From Candidatus Acetothermia bacterium (GTDB taxonomy: Bacteria; Bipolaricaulota; Bipolaricaulia; RBG-16-55-9): a DNA stretch of 64,000 nt. Of this stretch, positions 47,848 through 57,630 are shown one piece after another. The DNA lies in NCBI GenBank assembly GCA_016201405.1, contig JACQCZ010000017.1:89227-153226 (forward strand). Reading direction: 5' to 3'. The translations under genes and the position numbers were made by a program. The notes beneath the pieces are model-generated. The model was not told where the DNA came from, made no database searches, and worked only from the letters and a program-made list of their open reading frames with translations. Position 1 is the first letter of the stretch. Each line of letters opens with the position of its first letter.

Positions 47848-49080
47848 TTATGCTCCAAATTTCGGAAGCCAGTTGTTGAGGCTGGCCAGCATGGGCAGGA
47901 CATTTCCTGAGATTCGTCCCAGCCCGCCGTATTGAGCGCTCTTCTCATCCAGTTTATCAACATCATCGGACATCACCGCTGGCCCCGCGAGAAGCAGTGG
48001 CACGGGCTCGGCGGTGTGATCGCCGTAGTCAATCGGTGTGCAGTGATCGCCCGTAAATGCGAAATGAGTCTCCTCCCAATCTAGCTTCTCATCAAGAATA
48101 CCTATAGCTGTGTCTATCTTTTCAATAAAGCTGATCTTGGCTTTGGCATCATGATCATGGCCGGCGGTATCCGTGCCCTTCATATGGATAAACACAAAAT
48201 CTTGCGTTTTCAATGCCTTGAGAGCCGCTTTGATTTTATTATTCAAATTGGAATCGAGACCGCCTGTAGCCCCTTCGACTTGAATGGGCATTAAGCCCAC
48301 GATTTTTCCAATGCCGCGATAAAGTGCCCCTCCTGCGATTACACATCCGCGCACGCCGAACTTCTCATTGACCGAAAGCAGATTTGGCATGCTCGATGCG
48401 CCTCGGGGGAGCAAGATGTTGGCTGGCGGCTTTCCACTCTTCTCGCGCCGCACGTTGAAGGGGATTTTCTTCAATTTTGTATGAGACTCCTCAATCAGTT
48501 CATTCAATAACTTTGCAGTCTTCCTGGATTCTATGCAGTTGTCCAGGGGATGAATCTCCAAGACTCGTTTCCCCTTTTTGTGTGGATCTGCTTCTGAAAC
48601 ATTGGCCGAAAGACCTTCTCCGCGCAGAATGAGGGCACCGCGATGTTCAGTGCTCACTCTGAACAAGATCTTTACATCTGGATCGGAGACTAGCTGAATC
48701 TCTTGAAGCGCGGCCTCCAGCTGATCTTGACCAGATTCAATGCGCCCCGCACGGCGATCGAGCACAATGAAGTCTTCATCAACTGTGGCAAAGTTCGTGC
48801 GGAAGCAGATATCCCCACTCTGGACGTCGAGCCCGGCACCTGCTGCTTCGAATACGCCTCGCCCTGGATATTCGCAATAGGGGTCGTACCCCAGAATTGA
48901 AAGATGGGCGACATCACTTCCTGGGCGCACTCCTGGCGTGACGGGATCGAGCAATCCCGTTGCTCCGCGATGAGCCAGCGCGTCAAGATGAGGCGTGCGC
49001 GCCGCTTGAAGACAGGTCTTCCCTTTGTAGTCCGTTGGGCGGCCGCCCAGGCCATCGGCGATCACCAGGATACCCTTCAT
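47848..49080 (-). CDS. apgM: 2,3-BPG-independent phosphoglycerate mutase, archaeal ApgM type
   Basis: DGLGG, PGSDVAHLSILGYD, DRRAGR, DTAGHD and TGDHCTP motifs. Confidence 0.9.
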   Translation of the reverse strand: MKGILVIADGLGGRPTDYKGKTCLQAARTPHLDALAHRGATGLLDPVTPGVRPGSDVAHLSILGYDPYCEYPGRGVFEAAGAGLDVQSGDICFRTNFATVDEDFIVLDRRAGRIESGQDQLEAALQEIQLVSDPDVKILFRVSTEHRGALILRGEGLSANVSEADPHKKGKRVLEIHPLDNCIESRKTAKLLNELIEESHTKLKKIPFNVRREKSGKPPANILLPRGASSMPNLLSVNEKFGVRGCVIAGGALYRGIGKIVGLMPIQVEGATGGLDSNLNNKIKAALKALKTQDFVFIHMKGTDTAGHDHDAKAKISFIEKIDTAIGILDEKLDWEETHFAFTGDHCTPIDYGDHTAEPVPLLLAGPAVMSDDVDKLDEKSAQYGGLGRISGNVLPMLASLNNWLPKFGA

Positions 49081-49089
49081 TGAAGTGTA

Positions 49090-49710
49090 TTAGCCGACGG
49101 CATTCTTGTAGCGATCGGCTACATCCGCCCAATTGATCACATTCCACCAGGCTCCGACATAGTCAGCCCGGCGATTCTGATATTTGAGATAGTATGCATG
49201 CTCCCAGACATCCAGACCCAGCAAGGGAACTAGCCCGTCGGTGCGCGGGCTAGTCTGGTTGGGCATAGTCTTGATCTCGGCTTTTTTGGCGGAGGGATTA
49301 TAGACAAGCCAGCCCCACCCGCTTCCCTGGATGCCGACTGCCGATTTTGAAAATTGCTCCTTAAACTTTGCAAAGTCTCCAAAGGCTTTCTTGACGGCAT
49401 CCGCAAGCGGACCGCTTGGCTCGCCGCCTCCCTTGGGATTCAAATTGGCCCAGAAGATGTTGTGGTTGTCGAAGCCGCCGCCATGAAAATTGACGGCGCC
49501 ACGAATATTCTCGGGCACCGCTTTGATATTCTTCAAGATCTCTTCGACAGGCTTTGATTGCAGATCAGGAGCGCTCTCAAGCGCAGTATTGAGTCCGTTG
49601 GTGTAGGCCAGATGATGCTTGTCGTGATGGATCGTCATGGTTTGAGCGTCAATGTGGGGCTCCAGAGCTTTGTAGTCATACGGAAGAGGCGACAATTCAA
49701 ATTTTCCCAT
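49090..49710 (-). CDS. sodA: Mn/Fe superoxide dismutase
   Basis: HHDKHH, NHNIFW, GSGWGWL and DVWEHAYY motifs. Confidence 0.95.
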   Translation of the reverse strand: MGKFELSPLPYDYKALEPHIDAQTMTIHHDKHHLAYTNGLNTALESAPDLQSKPVEEILKNIKAVPENIRGAVNFHGGGFDNHNIFWANLNPKGGGEPSGPLADAVKKAFGDFAKFKEQFSKSAVGIQGSGWGWLVYNPSAKKAEIKTMPNQTSPRTDGLVPLLGLDVWEHAYYLKYQNRRADYVGAWWNVINWADVADRYKNAVG

Positions 49711-49854
49711 CTTGGATCACTCCTTAGGTTGGCTGATGTGAAATGAGAATCTCCATTCCTTGCTCATCATAAGTCGTTTTATAGAGCCTTTCAAGTTTAT
49801 TTTTATGGAATTTATGGGTACACTCCTGCTGAAATTTTAAGTCGAGGTGCATCC

Positions 49855-50595
49855 ATGAGATTGAGTGAAAGAGTCGCACTAATTACAGGAGCTGGGCAAG
49901 GAATAGGCAAAGATACGGCACTCCTCTTTGCACGCGAAGGCGCAAAGGTCGTGGTTGCGGATCTCAATGAAACGACAGGTTCAGAGACTGCAAATGAGAT
50001 CACGGAATCAGGAGGCACGGGAGTATTCATCAAAGCCAATATTGCCAAACAGGCGGATGCCAAGCGCCTCGTTGAAGAGACAAAAAAGCGCTTTGGGCGC
50101 ATTGATGTTTTACTGAACAATGCCGGGATCATGCGCGATGCGACTCTGCTCAAAATGACGGAAGAGAGCTTCGATCAAGTGATTGAAGTCAATCTGAAAG
50201 GGACCTTTAACTGCACGCAGGCCGTTGCGCCCATTATGATCGAGCAGGGCAAGGGCAAGATCATCAATGTCAGCTCGATTGTAGGACTGTATGGTAACTT
50301 TGGTCAGACCAATTATGTTGCCAGCAAGGCTGGAATTGTCGGCATGACCAAAGTCTGGGCTAGGGAGCTTGGCCGAAAGAATATCTGCGTCAACGTAGTA
50401 TGCCCAGGTTTTATCGAGACTGAGATGCTTCAATCTGTGCCAGAAAAGATTTTGCAGATGATGAGAGAGAAGGTGCCTCTCGGAAGATTTGCTCAGCCAT
50501 TGGATGTTGCCAAAGTCTATCTCTTCTTGGCGTCGGATGATTCAAATTATGTCAATGGGGCAGTCATCAGTGTTGATGGGGGAGTTGTCGTTTAG
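49855..50595 (+). CDS. fabG: 3-oxoacyl-ACP reductase family SDR
   Basis: TGAGQGIG, NNAGI and GQTNYVASK motifs. Confidence 0.85.
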   Translation: MRLSERVALITGAGQGIGKDTALLFAREGAKVVVADLNETTGSETANEITESGGTGVFIKANIAKQADAKRLVEETKKRFGRIDVLLNNAGIMRDATLLKMTEESFDQVIEVNLKGTFNCTQAVAPIMIEQGKGKIINVSSIVGLYGNFGQTNYVASKAGIVGMTKVWARELGRKNICVNVVCPGFIETEMLQSVPEKILQMMREKVPLGRFAQPLDVAKVYLFLASDDSNYVNGAVISVDGGVVV

Positions 50596-50603
50596 ATTCT
50601 GCT

Positions 50604-50705
50604 CGTCATTCGGGCCAAGCCCGTTAGGGCACGAGCCGGAATCCAGTAGTTTTATTGAAACTTTACATGGAAGATTCTTGACTTCCCGCGAAAGCGGGAA
50701 TGACG
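50604..50705. repeat. REP-like extragenic palindrome (GTCATTC...GAATGAC type)
   Basis: Ends CGTCATTC / GAATGACG; inner TTCCCGC-GAAA-GCGGGAA hairpin and GGAATCCAG. Confidence 0.65.
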
Positions 50706-50715
50706 GACAATTTGA

Positions 50716-51585
50716 TTAGCTATTCTCTCGAAGCTCTCGAATCGTAGCGTTCAGAAATCTCTGATGTTGCTTCTCGCTCAGAAAGCTCGTTCGCTTAAAT
50801 TTCTCATCGAAGGGGATGGCCAGAATCTCTTGCTCAGCTGCTCCATCTTTTAGCAGCTCATTAACGCGTTGAATTAGCTCTTGGCAATATTCATGAAGTC
50901 GTTCAAAGACAGCATGATCATGTGCTCGCTCATGTCCCGGCACAAATGCCTCTACATCATATTGAGTAACCAGCTTGAGAAGATCTGGCAAGCGAGTAAA
51001 TTTTCCTTCAGGGCCTTCTAGCAGATAGAAGGCATCGCCGAGAAAGAGCGTCTTCCCATCTGGCAGATAGACTCCAATGCTGTCATCACTGTGGACCCCA
51101 TCTAACAAAAACATCTCAATCTTGGTGCCCCCAACAGTGAGCTTTTTCTTTGCTGAAAAACTCTCGCTGGGCGGGATGACACGAAGATCCTGAAAGTCTC
51201 TATCTGAAAGAGTGGGGATGCGTGAAAACATATCTTTTCGCAGCCAGTCGAGAACACGCTCGGATCCCCAATCATCCTGTATATTGGCTTCCATGCGCTC
51301 TTTGCAGCGCTGACTGGCCAGCACCGGGGCGTTGTAGGCCTGATTCCCAAATGAATGATCAAAATGACGATGGGTATCAACTACTAACACGACTGGTTTT
51401 GCTGAAATAGACTGCATCGCATCAAAAACATGTTTTCCATGAAGGGGAGAATTTCCTCCATCCACAGCGATCCAGCCGTCATCGGTGAGAATCATGCCAA
51501 TGGCTGGCTCTACGCGCTCCCAGTCGTGGCGGTAGCTCCAAATCTTCTCTGCGTGTTGAACTACTCGTGAATCGTGATTACTCAT
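50716..51585 (-). CDS. MBL-fold metallohydrolase
   Basis: THRHFDHSFGN, HSDD, GDA and PGH motifs. Confidence 0.9.
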   Translation of the reverse strand: MSNHDSRVVQHAEKIWSYRHDWERVEPAIGMILTDDGWIAVDGGNSPLHGKHVFDAMQSISAKPVVLVVDTHRHFDHSFGNQAYNAPVLASQRCKERMEANIQDDWGSERVLDWLRKDMFSRIPTLSDRDFQDLRVIPPSESFSAKKKLTVGGTKIEMFLLDGVHSDDSIGVYLPDGKTLFLGDAFYLLEGPEGKFTRLPDLLKLVTQYDVEAFVPGHERAHDHAVFERLHEYCQELIQRVNELLKDGAAEQEILAIPFDEKFKRTSFLSEKQHQRFLNATIRELRENS

Positions 51586-52423
51586 AGCGACAGATCTTTC
51601 CTGGGGGCACAAGGAAGATCTTAAAACCCACACTCAACTTTGCAAGCTCTGATTCATACTTCTGCAGCTCAGTTCGATAGCGTGACGAAAGATGAAAGAT
51701 ATAGAGCTCGCGCTTCACATGCGCCTTTTGGGCAACATCGATCGCTTCTAACAGAGTCGAGTGGGTCTGGTTTTCGCGATCGGCTTCATCCAAAAAAGTC
51801 GCTTCGTGGCAGAGAATTTCCGTATCTTTTACATCTTCTGGATCAATCGGCATGCAATCTCCACTGTATGAAAAGAGCTTCTGCGGATAGGTCTCTGTAA
51901 TCGCCTCGCGTCCCTCTTTTTTTACGACATTATGAATCTCGACTTCATTTAGACCTTGATATTCGCCCTTCAGACGGCGGCGAGTCTCAATGATGTTGTA
52001 GCCCAGCGAGATCTCGCTCTTGGTGTGGTGAGTCGAAAAGGTCTCTGCATACCGCCCATGCTGTCCTTCAAAGAGTTGAACCCGCTCTCCCACTTTCAGA
52101 GGAGTCCAAAAGAGGTCATAACTCAGATTGGGGTTGGTCTTGGAGATGTAAGTCATCAGCTCAACCACTCGCCAGTTACCCTCGGGATAATAGATGTGCA
52201 GCGGTTTTTCAGTATCGCCCATCCCGCTATTGCGAATATTGATCAGCCCAATCAGCCCTGAGATGTGGTCGGCATGGCCATGCGAGAGAAAGACGTGCTG
52301 GATGGCAAATGCTTTATTGCCCAAGATTGTGCTCATCCCCTCCCCGGCATCAAAGGCGATGCGATCGGGGGCGTAATAGAGCCAGGTCGAATAGAGGCCT
52401 TTTGAATAAAAGAGCAATTTCAT
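51578..52423 (-). CDS. rnz: RNase Z, Thermotoga (TM) type
   Basis: SKGLYSTWLYY...FDAGEG, SHGHADH, YSGD, HEATFL and FHLSSRY motifs. Confidence 0.85.
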   Translation of the reverse strand: MKLLFYSKGLYSTWLYYAPDRIAFDAGEGMSTILGNKAFAIQHVFLSHGHADHISGLIGLINIRNSGMGDTEKPLHIYYPEGNWRVVELMTYISKTNPNLSYDLFWTPLKVGERVQLFEGQHGRYAETFSTHHTKSEISLGYNIIETRRRLKGEYQGLNEVEIHNVVKKEGREAITETYPQKLFSYSGDCMPIDPEDVKDTEILCHEATFLDEADRENQTHSTLLEAIDVAQKAHVKRELYIFHLSSRYRTELQKYESELAKLSVGFKIFLVPPGKICRYE

Positions 52424-52537
52424 GGGTTCGATTCCTTGCGTATTTTCACGAGAGCGCAAGGGCATTCTATTCTTTCGCTAAGAATTCTTCAATTGCTCTG
52501 AGAAAGAATCCAGACTACTCTAGGACTTGGTGATAGT

Positions 52538-53182
52538 GTGACTTTGATTCTGGGAATTGATGAAGCGGGCCGAGGTCCGGTCATCGGCCCCATGGTCGTC
52601 GCGGGCGCCCTCTTTGATTCATCTACTCTGAAGGCTCTTCGGGAGATTGGAGTCAAAGACTCTAAACAACTTTCCCGCGGTCAGCGTGAAGAGCTGTTTG
52701 CCCAGATTGAGACCATAGCGCATAGCGTGCACGTTCTTCTCTTCCATCCCCATGAGCTGGAAGAGAATCTGACTCAGATCGAGCTGCGAGCCATGTCTGA
52801 AGTGATTCAAAAGAGCAGGCCAGCCACTGCCGTCCTTGACGCGCCTGTTCCTCCCGGTGGAATTCCGGCATTTGCGAATAGACTCCACAAAATGACTGGC
52901 ATGACAAACTTAAAGATGATTGCCGAGAACAGAGCCGATGCCAATTACGAAGTCGTCTCTGCCGCTTCGATTGTGGCCAAAGTTCACCGCGACCGGGCGG
53001 TTGAAGAGCTTTGGAAAGAGTACGGTGATTTTGGCTGGGGATACCCCGCCGAGCCAAGGACGCGTGAGTTCCTCAAAAAGTGGTATGTGACTCATCGAAG
53101 ATTTCCCGACTGTGTCCGCCACCGCTGGGCTACTGTCCAAAAGATCATCTATGAGTGCAATGCGGGAGTCCTTCCGCTTTAA
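52538..53182 (+). CDS. rnhB: Ribonuclease HII
   Basis: GIDEAGRGP, DSKQL, SAASIVAKV and GWGYPAEP (archaeal/eukaryotic-like GxGYPxDP). Confidence 0.92.
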   Translation: MTLILGIDEAGRGPVIGPMVVAGALFDSSTLKALREIGVKDSKQLSRGQREELFAQIETIAHSVHVLLFHPHELEENLTQIELRAMSEVIQKSRPATAVLDAPVPPGGIPAFANRLHKMTGMTNLKMIAENRADANYEVVSAASIVAKVHRDRAVEELWKEYGDFGWGYPAEPRTREFLKKWYVTHRRFPDCVRHRWATVQKIIYECNAGVLPL

Positions 53183-53192
53183 TGGCAGCGGT

Positions 53193-53492
53193 ATGACCAC
53201 AAACAGCGATCATGACCAGCATGGCATTCCTACAATCCTGCATGATCAGATCAAGCGGCAATTGGCCCGATCAGGTCAGGCCTTTCCAGAGTTGGATGGA
53301 CTGATTCTGAGGCTAGGTCCACATCACATTGCGCACTTCATTGCAACCACCCAGGACCGCGACTCTGCAGAGCGCCTCAAACTCTATCTGGAACGATACT
53401 GGCCTGCGTATTTTGTCCTGATTGAGCGCATGCTCCACGCTGCCAGCCGGGATCGGAACGAAGAGTTGATGAGTGACTTCGGGCAGTCGTAG
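53193..53492 (+). CDS. Hypothetical protein
   Basis: Fills the gap between rnhB and the metG promoter; no motif recognised. Confidence 0.45.
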   Translation: MTTNSDHDQHGIPTILHDQIKRQLARSGQAFPELDGLILRLGPHHIAHFIATTQDRDSAERLKLYLERYWPAYFVLIERMLHAASRDRNEELMSDFGQS

Positions 53493-53510
53493 ACCTGTGA
53501 CTCTTGGGAT

Positions 53511-53538
53511 TTGACAAGCCTCTAATACCATCTATAAT
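53511..53538 (+). promoter_or_regulatory. Consensus sigma70 promoter of metG
   Basis: TTGACA-16 nt-TATAAT. Confidence 0.75.
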
Positions 53539-53562
53539 CATTCAACTTTAATATATAGAAGG

Positions 53563-55215
53563 GTGATTCAGACCAAGAACAAAGTCTTAATCTGCAGCGC
53601 GTGGCCATACGCCTCGCGGATTCCCCACCTGGGAAATTTGATTGGCTCTCTCCTCTCTGGAGATGCCTTTACGCGGTATTACCACCTCAAGGGCTGTGAT
53701 GTACTTCATGTCAGCGGCTCCGACACGCATGGAACCAACATTGAGTATGAAGCCTTCAAGCGGGGCACAACTCCCAAGATGCTCTCTGATGAGGTTCATG
53801 AGCGCATTGTAAAGATTCTACATAGCTTTGAAGTCGATATGTTCTACACCACGACCGAATCGCCCACGCATTACCGCTTTGTCAAAGAGATTTATTCAAA
53901 CGCTGAGAAGAATGGCTTCATTCTTTCGAGCGAAGAAGAGCAGGCCTTCTGTACCAATGACCAGAAGTTTCTTGCCGACCGCTTCATCCAGGGAACCTGT
54001 CCACGATGCGGGTCCGATCTTGCTTATGGAAATCAGTGTGATCATTGTGGCGCGTTGTTAGAGCCAGAAGAGCTGCGAGACCCGGTCTGCCGCATCTGCG
54101 GCAAGAAAAGCATTGAGTTTCGCAAGACCCGTAACTGGTATCTCGATCTGCCCAAGCTTGCGCCGCAGCTCAAGACATTTATTGCCTCGCGCTCGTTTAG
54201 CGGAAATGTGGCCAAGTTTACCGAGAACCTGATCAACGAAATGAAGCCACGTGCCGTGACGCGAGATATTGAGTGGGGCATTCCGGCCCCCTTCAAAGGC
54301 GCTGAGGGCAAAGTTATTTATGTCTGGGCCGAAGCCGCCCTTGGCTATGTCTCAGCAACCATTGAATACTTTGAGAAGAGTGGCCATCCCGAAGGCTGGA
54401 AAGAGTTTTGGCTCACGGATCAGAATATCAAACACATCTACACGCAGGGCAAAGACAATATTCCATTTCATACCGTCTTCTTTCCGGCACAACTGCTTTC
54501 ATCAGGAACTCGCTATCATCTGCCAGACCAGATTGCCGCTACGGAGTATCTCAACTGGATTGGCGGCTCGCAGTTCTCCAAGACTCGTGGTGTTGGGATC
54601 GATTGTGAAGATGCATTGAAGCTTCTCCCGGCGACATACTGGCGCTTCTATCTCTTCTCCAACCGGCCTGAGCAGCGTGACATTGATTTTAGCTGGGAGA
54701 ATCTGGACAAAGCGCTCAATGGCGTCTTTGCCAATAATATTGCCAATCTCATTCATCGCGTCGCCACACTGACGCAACGCGGCTATGGCGGCGTCGTTCC
54801 CAATGTGGCTGTTGCTCCCGAGATCGAGCGCGCCGTACGCGAGACCAAAGAGGAGTACGAGCGTGTCATCGAAGCGGGCTTCTTGGGACCCGCATTCCGC
54901 AAAGCCACCGATCTGGCCGTTGTCGGGAACGAGTACATTCAGCGCGAAAAACCCTGGGAGAGCTCCAAGCCAGAGGCCATTGCCTCTACCTATCATCTGG
55001 TAAAGGCGCTGGCCATTCTGCTAGAGCCCTTCGTCCCTTCCTTCTCTGAGAAGGCCTATCGTGTGCTTCAGATTACTGCGCCCAGCCTGGACGATGTTGT
55101 AAGAGTGGACACTCATGAGGTTAGACTAGAGAAGCCCGAGCGATTGCTGGAAAAAGTCGAGATTGCGGAGATTCGGGCGCAGCAGGAGGCGACGTCTGGT
55201 GCCGGAAATCCTTGA
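53563..55215 (+). CDS. metG: Methionine-tRNA ligase
   Basis: SAWPY..PHLGN, Zn knuckles, YVWAEA, GKDNIPFH and QFSKT (KMSKS equivalent); no C-terminal Trbp domain. Confidence 0.95.
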   Translation: MIQTKNKVLICSAWPYASRIPHLGNLIGSLLSGDAFTRYYHLKGCDVLHVSGSDTHGTNIEYEAFKRGTTPKMLSDEVHERIVKILHSFEVDMFYTTTESPTHYRFVKEIYSNAEKNGFILSSEEEQAFCTNDQKFLADRFIQGTCPRCGSDLAYGNQCDHCGALLEPEELRDPVCRICGKKSIEFRKTRNWYLDLPKLAPQLKTFIASRSFSGNVAKFTENLINEMKPRAVTRDIEWGIPAPFKGAEGKVIYVWAEAALGYVSATIEYFEKSGHPEGWKEFWLTDQNIKHIYTQGKDNIPFHTVFFPAQLLSSGTRYHLPDQIAATEYLNWIGGSQFSKTRGVGIDCEDALKLLPATYWRFYLFSNRPEQRDIDFSWENLDKALNGVFANNIANLIHRVATLTQRGYGGVVPNVAVAPEIERAVRETKEEYERVIEAGFLGPAFRKATDLAVVGNEYIQREKPWESSKPEAIASTYHLVKALAILLEPFVPSFSEKAYRVLQITAPSLDDVVRVDTHEVRLEKPERLLEKVEIAEIRAQQEATSGAGNP

Positions 55216-55240
55216 AAGAGTGAAGGTCAGTCGGTACAAT
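55212..55240 (+). promoter_or_regulatory. Sigma70 promoter of the rplU operon
   Basis: TTGAAA-17 nt-TACAAT. Confidence 0.65.
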
Positions 55241-55272
55241 AAACGAAAATTATTCAGAAGGTGAATGCAATC

Positions 55273-55593
55273 ATGTCCAAATATGCAGTCATCGAGACGG
55301 GCGGAAGACAGTACCGCGTAGAGAAGAACGAAGAGATCACAATCGAGAAATTGCCTGGCCATCAGCCGGGCGATTCCGTGACCTTTGACCGTGTGCTGAT
55401 GGTTCGCGATGGGAAGAAGCTCAAGGTTGGGCAGCCCTTCCTTGATGGCGCAGAGGTCAAAGGAAAGATTTCTGACGTCTTCAGAGGCGACAAGATCACT
55501 GTCTTCTTTTACAAGCGCAAGACCCGCCGTCAACGCAAGATGGGCCATCGCCAGACGTATATGAAGGCCCAGATCGAGGAGATCAAGGCATGA
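55273..55593 (+). CDS. rplU: 50S ribosomal protein L21
   Basis: YAVIETGGRQYRV and GHRQ motifs. Confidence 0.96.
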   Translation: MSKYAVIETGGRQYRVEKNEEITIEKLPGHQPGDSVTFDRVLMVRDGKKLKVGQPFLDGAEVKGKISDVFRGDKITVFFYKRKTRRQRKMGHRQTYMKAQIEEIKA

Positions 55594-55931
55594 TTGAAGT
55601 GGAAATCCGGCGGGATCCGGATGATCGCGTGTTGGAGATTCATTGCTTTTCATCTGAGCTGGCCGAAGAATCCGAGGAAGGAAAGCTGGTAGAGGTCAGC
55701 CTCTCCACGCTGATGAAAGCTGCCTTTATTGGACTCAAGGGCTACCTGAGGCTCTCTCCCTTTTTTGAAGATGAAGATGGGCGCGTGATCCTCAAGCTCA
55801 AGCGCGATCACTTGCTCAACCGCGAGATTGATGCAATTCTTGAGACGGTTCTGCTCAGTCTCAGAGCGATGCAAGAGCAGCACCCAGGCATTGTTGAGAT
55901 CAAAGATGCCGCTACCAAAGTCAACGTCTAG
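55590..55931 (+). CDS. Prp (YsxB/DUF464)-like protein, catalytic residues apparently lost
   Basis: Position between rplU and rpmA, size and MIEVEIRR...QHPG outline; lacks GHA and VCAxxS. Confidence 0.7.
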   Translation: MIEVEIRRDPDDRVLEIHCFSSELAEESEEGKLVEVSLSTLMKAAFIGLKGYLRLSPFFEDEDGRVILKLKRDHLLNREIDAILETVLLSLRAMQEQHPGIVEIKDAATKVNV

Positions 55932-55986
55932 TCTATAATTAGCAATTTAAATATATCTAATAAATAATTGAAAGGAGGAAGAGGAT

Positions 55987-56232
55987 ATGGCGCATAAGAC
56001 CAGTGGTGGCAGTACTAAAAACGGGCGAGATAGTAATCCCAAGATGCTGGGGATTAAGCGCTATGGCGGTCAGGTTGTAAAGACGGGTGAGATCATCCTG
56101 CGGCAGCGCGGCACGCGCTTTAAGCCAGGGGATGGAGTCGGCATTGGACGAGATCACACGCTCTTTGCCATGACAGCAGGGGAGGTCACCTTTAGCGGGC
56201 GCTTTGTCAGTGTTGAGCCCATCTCTGCATGA
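55987..56232 (+). CDS. rpmA: 50S ribosomal protein L27
   Basis: [21 protein letters not shown] and GRDHTLFA motifs. Confidence 0.97.
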   Translation: MAHKTSGGSTKNGRDSNPKMLGIKRYGGQVVKTGEIILRQRGTRFKPGDGVGIGRDHTLFAMTAGEVTFSGRFVSVEPISA

Positions 56233-56272
56233 AGTCAAATCTGCCTGCCTGTCCAACTCTTTTTAATTTCCT

Positions 56273-57562
56273 ATGTTTATAGATGAAGCTAAGATTTGCC
56301 TCGTCGCCGGTCGGGGTGGCGATGGCTGTATCAGTTTTCTCCGGGAGAAATTCCGTCCCTATGGTGGCCCGGATGGCGGTCATGGAGGCCGAGCTGGAAG
56401 CATCATTTTGCAGGCTTCGCCCCGCATCCGAACCCTAATTCACTTCCGGGATCAGATTCATTGGAAGGCCGAGAATGGTGGACACGGAAGCTCCAACAAG
56501 AAGTCCGGCCGTAAGGGTGAAGACTTGGTCATCAAAGTGCCGGTTGGGACTGTTGTAAGAGATCTTCATTCACAAGAGGTTTTGGCCGATCTCACCGAGG
56601 CTGACCAGAAAGTCGTGCTGGTGCGTGGTGGAGAGGGCGGCCGGGGCAATGAGCATTTTAAGAACTCGACCCGTCAAGCACCGCGTATTCGGGAGAAGGG
56701 TGAGCCGGGTGAAGAGCGCTGGGTGAAGCTGGAGCTCAAATTGCTGGCCGATATCGGGCTGATTGGCTGCCCCAATGCTGGGAAATCCACTCTTTTATCT
56801 CAGATCTCTGCCAGTCGCCCCAAGATCGCTGCTTATCCATTTACAACCTTGGAGCCCAATCTTGGGGTGGTCTGGGTCGATGAGGACGCCAGCTTTGTGG
56901 CTGTCGATATCCCAGGACTGATTGAAGGTGCTCATGAAGGCAAGGGTTTAGGCGACCGTTTTTTAAAGCATATTGAACGAACACGAATTTTAGTGCATCT
57001 GGTAGATATCTCCGGTTGGGAAGGGCGCGACCCGCTCGATGACCACACGACAATTAACCACGAGATGTCTTCGTTCTCAGAAAAGCTGGCGCATAAAAAG
57101 CAGATTGTCGTTGGCAACAAGATGGATTTGGTGGATGAAAAGAGTCTCAAGGAGATCTCAAAACGATTCAAAAAGATCGGTGTAGATATTCTGTTTATCT
57201 CAGCGGCCACAGGCGAAGGCGTTCCGGATCTGGTCAAACGCTGTTATCAGGAGTTTTTGAGCATTGAAGAGATTGAGGTCTCACCCGAGATCGCTCCAAA
57301 TAAAGAAGAGAAGACCTTCCGCCTCTACCGCCCGGAGGGGGATGCCAAGGACTTTTCAATCGACCAAGAAGAGGACGGCTTTCACGTTGCGGGGGTCGTC
57401 GTCAACCGGCTGAGCCGGCTCTCACTTGAGGAGCCGGATGCGCAAGAGTATTTACAAGAACAGCTCGAGCAATTGGGTGTCTTTGCTGAGCTTCGGCGGC
57501 GGGGAGCCCAAGCAGGAGATCTGATTATCATGGGCAAGAAAGAGTTTGAGTATGAGCCATAA
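56273..57562 (+). CDS. obgE: GTPase Obg/CgtA
   Basis: Gly-rich Obg fold, GCPNAGKS, YPFTT, DIPG, NKMD and C-terminal OCT domain. Confidence 0.96.
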   Translation: MFIDEAKICLVAGRGGDGCISFLREKFRPYGGPDGGHGGRAGSIILQASPRIRTLIHFRDQIHWKAENGGHGSSNKKSGRKGEDLVIKVPVGTVVRDLHSQEVLADLTEADQKVVLVRGGEGGRGNEHFKNSTRQAPRIREKGEPGEERWVKLELKLLADIGLIGCPNAGKSTLLSQISASRPKIAAYPFTTLEPNLGVVWVDEDASFVAVDIPGLIEGAHEGKGLGDRFLKHIERTRILVHLVDISGWEGRDPLDDHTTINHEMSSFSEKLAHKKQIVVGNKMDLVDEKSLKEISKRFKKIGVDILFISAATGEGVPDLVKRCYQEFLSIEEIEVSPEIAPNKEEKTFRLYRPEGDAKDFSIDQEEDGFHVAGVVVNRLSRLSLEEPDAQEYLQEQLEQLGVFAELRRRGAQAGDLIIMGKKEFEYEP

Positions 57563-57564
57563 TC

Positions 57565-57593
57565 TTGACAGATGGCAAGCCATTTGCTATCTT
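57565..57593 (+). promoter_or_regulatory. Sigma70 promoter of the infC operon
   Basis: TTGACA-17 nt-TATCTT with extended TG. Confidence 0.65.
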
Positions 57594-57630
57594 CCTCTTC
57601 ATAACCCCAGTTCTCTATAGGAGGTAAGTT

